A stretch of 43,159 bases of DNA from an uncultured bacterium. GTDB taxonomy: Bacteria > Abyssobacteria > SURF-5. Location: the NCBI GenBank assembly GCA_964607485.1, contig CAZSKP010000038.1, positions 1 to 43,159 of the forward strand. The letters are read 5' to 3'. Made by a program: the position numbers and the translations under genes. Positions within the stretch are counted from its first letter, which is position 1, and each line of letters opens with the position of its first letter. Below are positions 36,396 through 43,159 of this stretch, one piece after another. A model generated the notes under the pieces. The model did not search any database and had not been told where the DNA came from. It saw only the letters and a program-made list of their open reading frames with translations.

Positions 36396-39041
36396 ATGCG
36401 CAGAAACCTCGGCTGGCGCTTCGCGCTTATCGGCGTGGTAGTCCTGCTGGCCATCTGGTACCTCTATCCCACCATAAAATGGGCGACTCTCTCAGGCTCC
36501 GAGCGCAAGGAGCTGATGGAGGAGTACGCGCGCTACGACGCCGAGCACCCTGAGCCCACTGTTTCGGAGAATGTGACGACCTACCTCGATCGCTGGTACA
36601 AGGGAGACAAGACGAAGGCGGTGAACCTGGGGCTCGACCTGCAGGGTGGGATGCACCTCGTGCTGGAGGTTGACGCCGACGCGGCCCTCACGAATGAGAT
36701 GGTGCGCCTGAAGAACAACCTGCGCAGACATCTCATAGAGAGCCGTGTGGTGGTGGGCTCGATGTCGGTCGAGAATCACAACATCGTCATTCCGGTGAGC
36801 ATGTCCTCGAAGGAAGAGGTAAAGAATGTCATCAAGGACTACTCGAGCGACTTGGACATCAAGGCCGTGGGCGATAAGCTGCTGGTTACGATGCCCGCGA
36901 GCCGTTTCTCTTACCTGCGCACCATGTCGGTGAAGCAGGCGCTCGAGACCATCCGAAACCGTATCGACGAATTCGGCGTTGCCGAGCCGGTCATTCAGCG
37001 TCAGGGCGAGGACAGAATACTGATTCAACTGCCCGGCATCGAGGATCCCCAGCGCGTGATCGAGCTGCTCGGGCGCACCGCACAGCTCAGCTTTCACATC
37101 GTCGTGGACGGACCCGCCTCAGAGCAGCAACTGCTCGCAAAATACAATCAGAAGCTTCCGAGCAACACGTTTCTCGCGCCATTACGCTCCCCCGGCGCGC
37201 ACGGCCGACGGACGTACTACCTGCTGGAGACGGAGGCGTCGGTGACGGGAGCCGACCTCGTCGATGCGCGGGTGGGCAGGGACGAGATGGGCGGGGCCGC
37301 CGTCGATTTCCAACTGAGCCGCGCGGGCGGGATCGCGTTCGGAAAGCTGACCGAGGCGAACCTTTACAAGCAGCTCGCCATCGTTCTCGATAACATGGTC
37401 GAGTCGGCGCCGTCCATTCGGTCGAGAATAACCACACACGGCCAGATAACGGGCCAATTCACCGTCCAGCAGGCCGAGGACCTGGCCATCGTGCTCCGCT
37501 CGGGAGCGTTGCCCGCTCCCGTCAAGATAATAGAGCAGCGCACGGTCGGTCCCACGCTGGGAATCGAATCCATCAAGTACGGATTCAGAGCCGCGATAAT
37601 AAGCCTGGCAATTGTGGCCGTTTTCATGATCTTCTATTATCGCGTCGCCGGAGCGATAGCCGACCTGGCGCTCCTGATGAACATCGTCGGGCTAATCGCG
37701 TTTCTCGCCTATTTCCGAGCTACCCTCACGCTGCCGGGCATCGGGGGCATCATCCTGACTATCGGCATGGCCGTGGACGCGAACGTGCTCGTGTTCGAGC
37801 GCATTCGCGAGGAGCTTCTCAAGGGCAAGACGATACGCTCGGCCATCGACACCGGCTATTCCAAGGCCTTCCTGACGATTCTTGACGCGAACGTCACCAC
37901 GCTGATCACGGCGGTCGTGCTCTTCCAGTTCGGCACCGGCCCCGTCAAGGGATTCGCGGTCACGCTCAGCGTCGGCATTCTCATCAGCATGTTCACGGCA
38001 CTGTTCGTCACCCGGGCGGTATTTGACCTGCTCACGCAGCGCAAGTGGCTCGCCCGCATAAACATGCTTCAATTGCTCAAGGAAACGCACATCGCCTTCA
38101 TACCCAAGCGCTACATCGGAATTACCGCCTCGGTCATCCTAATCGCAATCGGCATGGGAACGTTCATTGCGCGGGGCAGAGACAACCTCGGGATCGATTT
38201 CGCTCAGGGGACCATCGTCCAGGTCAGGTTTGAGCATCCCACCACCACCCAAGAGGTGCGAAGCGCTCTCGCCCGCGCCGGAATAGGGGAAACTGTCATA
38301 CAGCAATACGGGGACCCCCGCGACATACTCATCCGCACCACCGTCAAGCACAACGGCCCCGAGTCGTCGGAGGAAGATGGAAAAGCCGCGCTCGTGGGCG
38401 AGAAGATTGCAGGCGTGCTACACAAAAACCTCCAGACGCCGTTCGAAGTCGAGCGGACCGAAGAGGTGGGCGCCGCCGTGAGCGCCGACCTTCAGAAGAA
38501 AGCGCTTCTCGCGATTCTCTATTCGACAATCGGCATCATCATCTATATTTCGCTCCGGTTCGAGTTCCGCTTCGCAGTGGGCGCAGTGCTGGCGCTGTTC
38601 CACGACGTGTTCATAACGATGGGCGCGCTCGCGGTCACGGGACGCGAGATTCAACTGCCGGTGGTGGCCGCTCTGCTGACCGTTTTCGGATATTCCATCA
38701 ATGACACCATCGTTGTGTTCGACCGAATCCGCGAGGCCATGCGAATGAGGCGCGGCCAGGAATTTACGAAGCTGGTGGACGCGAGCATAAATGAAACGCT
38801 TTCGCGCACCCTCATCACCGCGCTGACGACTCTTTTCGCCGTTGTGGTTCTCTATTTTGTCGGAAGCGAGGTCACGCGCGACTTCGCGTTCGCCCTCATT
38901 GTCGGGATAGCTATCGGGACCTACTCTTCGATATTCATAGCGAGTCCTGTGCTCGTCATCTGGCAGCAGCTGTTTCCCCACAAGCGGCGTGGTTCGGGAC
39001 AGGCAAAGGCTCAAAAGAGAAAGAAACTGAGCAAGGTATAG
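36396..39041 (+). CDS. secDF: Fused protein translocase SecDF
   Basis: LGLDLQGG, RIDEFGV.EP, LRSGALP and GMAVDANVL.FERIREE (SecD); GIDF..G, FHD, GYSINDTIVVFDRIRE and GTYSS.FIA (SecF). Confidence 0.97.
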   Translation: MRRNLGWRFALIGVVVLLAIWYLYPTIKWATLSGSERKELMEEYARYDAEHPEPTVSENVTTYLDRWYKGDKTKAVNLGLDLQGGMHLVLEVDADAALTNEMVRLKNNLRRHLIESRVVVGSMSVENHNIVIPVSMSSKEEVKNVIKDYSSDLDIKAVGDKLLVTMPASRFSYLRTMSVKQALETIRNRIDEFGVAEPVIQRQGEDRILIQLPGIEDPQRVIELLGRTAQLSFHIVVDGPASEQQLLAKYNQKLPSNTFLAPLRSPGAHGRRTYYLLETEASVTGADLVDARVGRDEMGGAAVDFQLSRAGGIAFGKLTEANLYKQLAIVLDNMVESAPSIRSRITTHGQITGQFTVQQAEDLAIVLRSGALPAPVKIIEQRTVGPTLGIESIKYGFRAAIISLAIVAVFMIFYYRVAGAIADLALLMNIVGLIAFLAYFRATLTLPGIGGIILTIGMAVDANVLVFERIREELLKGKTIRSAIDTGYSKAFLTILDANVTTLITAVVLFQFGTGPVKGFAVTLSVGILISMFTALFVTRAVFDLLTQRKWLARINMLQLLKETHIAFIPKRYIGITASVILIAIGMGTFIARGRDNLGIDFAQGTIVQVRFEHPTTTQEVRSALARAGIGETVIQQYGDPRDILIRTTVKHNGPESSEEDGKAALVGEKIAGVLHKNLQTPFEVERTEEVGAAVSADLQKKALLAILYSTIGIIIYISLRFEFRFAVGAVLALFHDVFITMGALAVTGREIQLPVVAALLTVFGYSINDTIVVFDRIREAMRMRRGQEFTKLVDASINETLSRTLITALTTLFAVVVLYFVGSEVTRDFAFALIVGIAIGTYSSIFIASPVLVIWQQLFPHKRRGSGQAKAQKRKKLSKV

Positions 39042-39066
39042 GGACCTCGGTGGAGGCTGCCCGGCG

Positions 39067-39930
39067 ATGAACCTTCTCCTTGTGTGCCGTCTCGTTGACG
39101 ACGCCCTGAGCGAGGACCTCGGGGCCGGAGACGTGACTACCGAATCCGTGATACATCCGGGCGCGACCGCGAGCGGCGAGATAGTAGCCCGGGCGAAGGG
39201 CGTGGTCGCCGGGATTCCCGTTGCAGGGCTATGCTTTCGGCGGCTCGATTCGCGCGTGTCGTTCGAGCAGGCCGTCGAAGACGGGAAGCGGGTCTCTCGA
39301 AACCGGGTCCTGGCACGGCTGTCGGGTCCCGCCGTCTCGATCCTGAAAGCGGAACGGGTGGCCCTCAATTTCGTCCAGCGTCTTTCCGGTATCGCAACCC
39401 TCACCGCCAAGTTCGTCGCCGCCGTCGGGGATGATCCCGTGAGGATCCTCGACACGAGGAAGACCACTCCAGGACTGAGAGTTCTCGAGAAGTACGCCGT
39501 CAGGATGGGCGGCGGCTTCAACCACCGGTGGGGCCTCTACGACGGCGTACTCATAAAGGACAATCACCTGAGGTTTCAGCAGGGAAGCGGAGGCGCAGGC
39601 GCCGTCGGGAAGGCTCTCTCGGCGGCCAAAGCGACGGCGGGACACCTCCAAAAGGTGGAGGTGGAGGCGGAGACGCTCGAGCAGGTCGGCGAAGCCGTGA
39701 GGGCGGGGGCCGACGCGATTCTCTTGGACAACATGGACGCCGAAACACTCGCCGAGGCTGTCGCTATCGCGCGCCGTTCCAAGAAGAAGATACTCCTGGA
39801 GGCTTCCGGAAATGTGTCGCTCAAAAACGTAGGCAGGGTCGCGGCCACGGGCGTGGACGCCATTTCCGTCGGCGCGCTGACCCATTCCGCTCCCGCCCTG
39901 GACATCTCGCTGGAGCTTCGGCCCGCCTGA
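39067..39930 (+). CDS. nadC: Quinolinate phosphoribosyltransferase
   Basis: ED...GD.T, ER.ALN, DTRKT.PG.R, HR.GL.D..LIKDNH, EVE, LLDNM and EASG. Confidence 0.97.
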   Translation: MNLLLVCRLVDDALSEDLGAGDVTTESVIHPGATASGEIVARAKGVVAGIPVAGLCFRRLDSRVSFEQAVEDGKRVSRNRVLARLSGPAVSILKAERVALNFVQRLSGIATLTAKFVAAVGDDPVRILDTRKTTPGLRVLEKYAVRMGGGFNHRWGLYDGVLIKDNHLRFQQGSGGAGAVGKALSAAKATAGHLQKVEVEAETLEQVGEAVRAGADAILLDNMDAETLAEAVAIARRSKKKILLEASGNVSLKNVGRVAATGVDAISVGALTHSAPALDISLELRPA

Positions 39931-39945
39931 GCGACGGACGGTTCT

Positions 39946-40917
39946 ATGGAGAAGGAAGTCCTGAGTTTACTCCGCCAGGGGGAGGGGACGTACGTCTCCG
40001 GTCAGGCGATAAGCCGTGGGCTTGGGGTGTCGCGGACGACGGTGTGGAAATCCGTCGAGTCTCTGAGGAAGCGGGGCTTTCGCATCGATTCGTGCGCCAA
40101 CCGCGGCTACCGGTTGGAGGCCGGTCCCGAGCGGCTGGTCGGGCTGGACATCGAGGTCGGCCTGGGCACGCGCATCGTCGGGAAGTCGGTGGTTTCGTTC
40201 GACTCAGTTCCCTCGACGATTGATGTGGCGATCTCTCTCGCGCGTGAGGGGTCCGCCGAAGGCACGACGGTGGTCGCCGAGTCGCAGACGGGAGGGCGCG
40301 GACGGCTGGGCAGAACGTGGAGTTCTCCGGCCGGCTGCGGCATCTGGACCTCCATCATCCTGAGGCCGCAGGTTTCCCCTCGGGAGGCGCCGAAGCTCAC
40401 GCTGTTGACCGCGGTGAGCGTCGCAAAAACGCTGAACGAGCGGTACGAGATAAATGCCCGGATAAAGTGGCCGAACGACGTGCTCGTGCAGGGACGCAAG
40501 GTCTGTGGGGCATTGACGGAGCTGGTCGCGGAACAGGATGCCGTGAAGTACGCCGTCGCCAGCTTCGGGCTGAATGTGAACCAGACGCGCTCGAAGTTTC
40601 CCGCCGACGTGGCCACGCTGGGGACATCGATGCGGATTGAGGCGGGCCGCAGGTTCGACCGACCCGAAGTGTTCCGAAACGTGCTACGCGAGTTCGATGC
40701 TCAGTACGTCCATTTCAAGGAACATGGCGGCGATGAGATTCTGAGACAGTGGCGCGAGCTTTCCTGCACGCTCGGCAGACGCGTCAGCGTGCGGCTGCGA
40801 GAGGGCTGTGTGGAGGGCATTGCCAGAGAGCTCGACGACGACGGCTCCCTCATCGTGGAACTGGAAGGGGGCGGCAGCCGGTCGGTCGCGTACGGCGACG
40901 TCACGATACTGCGGTGA
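39946..40917 (+). CDS. birA: Bifunctional biotin-protein ligase / repressor
   Basis: N-terminal HTH (SGQ.IS..LGVSR..VWK), Q..GRGR.GR.W, KWPND and RKVCG.L.E. Confidence 0.95.
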   Translation: MEKEVLSLLRQGEGTYVSGQAISRGLGVSRTTVWKSVESLRKRGFRIDSCANRGYRLEAGPERLVGLDIEVGLGTRIVGKSVVSFDSVPSTIDVAISLAREGSAEGTTVVAESQTGGRGRLGRTWSSPAGCGIWTSIILRPQVSPREAPKLTLLTAVSVAKTLNERYEINARIKWPNDVLVQGRKVCGALTELVAEQDAVKYAVASFGLNVNQTRSKFPADVATLGTSMRIEAGRRFDRPEVFRNVLREFDAQYVHFKEHGGDEILRQWRELSCTLGRRVSVRLREGCVEGIARELDDDGSLIVELEGGGSRSVAYGDVTILR

Positions 40918-40969
40918 GGCTCTCGGCGGAATTTCAACGACGCGGAAGGTGCACGGGGGTGGCTCGGGT

Positions 40970-41737
40970 ATGTTGCTCGTGATAGATGTCGGTAATACTC
41001 AGACCGTGATGGGCGTTTACGATGGCGCCGACCTTCTCGTGAGCTGGCGGCTTTCGACCGACATTCGCAAGTCGGGCGACGAGTTCTGGGTGATACTCAG
41101 GAATCTCTTTCGCGAGGCGGGCCTCGACACGTCGTCGGTCGACGGAGTTTGTGTCTCCTCGGTCGTTCCGCCGCTTCAGAGTATGCTCGAGGAAGTATGC
41201 GCTCGATATTTCAAATGCGAGCCGGTCGTCGTCGAGCCGGGCATCAAGACCGGCCTGTCCATTCTCTACGATAACCCTCGCGAGGTGGGCGCCGACAGGA
41301 TAGTCAATGCGGTGGCCGGCATCGACCTGTACGGTTGCCCGCTCATAATCGTGGATTTCGGGACGGCGACCACATTCGACGCGGTGTCGGCGAAGGCGCA
41401 GTACCTGGGCGGAGCGATCGTTCCGGGTATCTCGATTTCCGCCGAGGCGCTGTTTCAGAGGACCGCGAAGCTTCCCCGCGTGGAGCTTGTCGCTCCCAAG
41501 ACTGTCATCGGCAAGGACACTGCGTCCAGCATAAAATCCGGGTTGATATTCGGTTATGCCGAACTGGTGGACGGCATGGTGCGCCGCATACGAAAAGAGA
41601 TGGAGGGCGTGCCGAGGGTGATCGCCACCGGCGGGTACGCCGCGGAAATCGCCAAGCACTCCGATGAGATAGAGGAGGTGAACCCTCTGATCACACTCGT
41701 CGGACTCCGCATAATCTACGAGAAGAACAGGGTGTAA
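40970..41737 (+). CDS. coaX: Type III pantothenate kinase
   Basis: IDVGNT, SSVVP, VGADR, DFGTATT, GGAIVPG and ATGG. Start reassigned to ATG 40970. Confidence 0.96.
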   Translation: MLLVIDVGNTQTVMGVYDGADLLVSWRLSTDIRKSGDEFWVILRNLFREAGLDTSSVDGVCVSSVVPPLQSMLEEVCARYFKCEPVVVEPGIKTGLSILYDNPREVGADRIVNAVAGIDLYGCPLIIVDFGTATTFDAVSAKAQYLGGAIVPGISISAEALFQRTAKLPRVELVAPKTVIGKDTASSIKSGLIFGYAELVDGMVRRIRKEMEGVPRVIATGGYAAEIAKHSDEIEEVNPLITLVGLRIIYEKNRV

Positions 41738-41757
41738 GAACGAGGGCGGGAGAGGGC

Positions 41758-41786
41758 TTGTAAAACGTCCCGCGATGGTTTAAGAT
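41758..41786 (+). promoter_or_regulatory. Putative promoter of lptCAB
   Basis: TTGTAA-17-TAAGAT, ending 7 nt before ATG 41794. Confidence 0.4.
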
Positions 41787-41790
41787 AAAG

Positions 41791-42375
41791 GTGATGGTCA
41801 GTTTTCTATTGCGCACTGTTTCGCTGGTCGGCGCCGTTTCATTGCTTGCGCTGGTTTCATGCAGCGACAAACCCGAGAAGCTTGTCCCTCCCGAACCCGA
41901 GGCTCCTCTCTCAAGTGTGGAGGAAGCCGAAGGGCCCGTTGGGCTCGCGCAGGAGCTTCGGGATGTGAGGTATTCGCAGAGCAAGGAGGGCAGGCTTCAG
42001 TGGGAGCTGGTGGCAAGCACGGTGGAACAGGCGGCCGACGGGCCGACGAGCCTGGAGAAGGTGAAGATAACCTATTACTCGGACGATGGCAGAGTCACCG
42101 TTCTGACGGCGGACTCCGGCCTGTACGAGAACACCACCCACAATGCCGCGCTTCGGGGAAACGTGGTGGTGACGACCTCCGACGGCAACAACCTGAGGAC
42201 GGACGCGCTCAAGTGGAATCAGAAAGCCGAGCTCCTCGAAGGCGAGGGCGATGTGGTCATGACCAGAGGCGGGTCAGTCCTGAAGGGCAAGAAGTTCGAG
42301 CTTTCGCCCGAAGACGAGACCTTCAGAATATACAATGTCGAGGGAACGGTCCAGCACGAGGACATGAACCTATGA
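41791..42375 (+). CDS. lptC: LPS export periplasmic protein LptC
   Basis: N-terminal hydrophobic or lipobox-like segment; WEL.A, L.ADSG.Y, L.GNV and L.TD.L.W beta-jellyroll motifs; upstream of lptA/lptB. Confidence 0.8.
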   Translation: MMVSFLLRTVSLVGAVSLLALVSCSDKPEKLVPPEPEAPLSSVEEAEGPVGLAQELRDVRYSQSKEGRLQWELVASTVEQAADGPTSLEKVKITYYSDDGRVTVLTADSGLYENTTHNAALRGNVVVTTSDGNNLRTDALKWNQKAELLEGEGDVVMTRGGSVLKGKKFELSPEDETFRIYNVEGTVQHEDMNL

Positions 42376-42919
42376 GAATCCGTCGGTGGTGTGGTGCATT
42401 TTTGTTTGTGGTATTCCTCGCCTTCCCGGTCGTCGCAGCGAGCGAGACGCCCGAGCCCGGGCCGAAGCCGGAGGCGGGCCTGACCGCTCGACTGCCGGAG
42501 ATCGAAGAGGTTCGGCTGATCCATGCCGACTCTATGACGCTGACCCGGCAGAAGACGAAGCCCCAGGTGTTCCAGGGCGCCGTGGACATCATCATGGTTG
42601 ACAAGGCGGGGGACGAATCCAGAATCAAGGCTGAGAAGATCACCATTTATTATAAACAGGACCTCAAGAAGATAGAGAGGTTGGAAGCCGAAGGACGCGT
42701 GAGGATAAATCGGCTGGGCACCGAAGCGACTACCGAACTGGCCGTCTACCGCGGTGACCAAAACGTCATAGAACTCCTCAAAGACCCCCACGTGAAGGAT
42801 TCGCGTGGGGAACTTGCCGCCAACAAGATCACGATCTTCATGGATTCCGACGAAGTCGTCGCGGAGGGTAACGTGAGAGGCATCGTGTATCCCGAAGCGT
42901 TTGAAGAATCAACCGCCAA

Positions 42920-42923
<4 letters not shown>
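42372..42923 (+). CDS. lptA: LptA/OstA-family periplasmic LPS transport protein
   Basis: Signal peptide from ATG 42372; I.ADS, F.G.V, I.AEKI.I, AEG.V and A.Y; sits between lptC and lptB. Confidence 0.75.

Positions 42924-43159
<236 letters not shown>

Noticed and set aside
36396-39041. SecD-SecF fusion as a novelty
   Set aside because: Fused SecDF is common in many phyla.

Overview
Chromosomal window from a GC-rich diderm bacterium (lptCAB present; an HgdC-type activase suggests an anaerobe) that spans the replication origin. Left arm (minus strand): dnaA-dnaN-dciA(DUF721)-gyrB-gyrA(partial). DnaA-box clusters lie on both sides of dnaA, with a DnaA-box/GC/DnaA-trio/AT-rich unwinding module between dnaA and dnaN, and an NrdR-box pair upstream of gyrB. 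The rest is mostly housekeeping: uvrC, MATE, citrate synthase, GSA-like aminotransferase, plant-type thrC, yebC-ruvCAB, queH-queA, tgt-yajC-secDF, nadC-birA-coaX and lptCAB. Many intergenic gaps carry REP-like palindromic repeats of several families. Three visibly AT-richer accessory patches sit among these repeats: (i) a membrane-anchored ankyrin gene bracketed by 64-bp direct repeats, (ii) a stand-alone HEPN-motif gene, and (iii) a ~3.3-kb island splitting queA from tgt. In the island a REP-associated tyrosine transposase (RAYT) is preceded by cargo genes punctuated by copies of the short palindrome found at the RAYT promoter. The cargo is a 4-TM protein, a HEPN-motif protein and a 31-aa type-I-toxin-like peptide absent from the ORF track. 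This RAYT/REP-punctuated cargo array is the best candidate for an undescribed system. No rRNA, tRNA or CRISPR array was seen. All family calls come from motif recognition by eye, not database searches.
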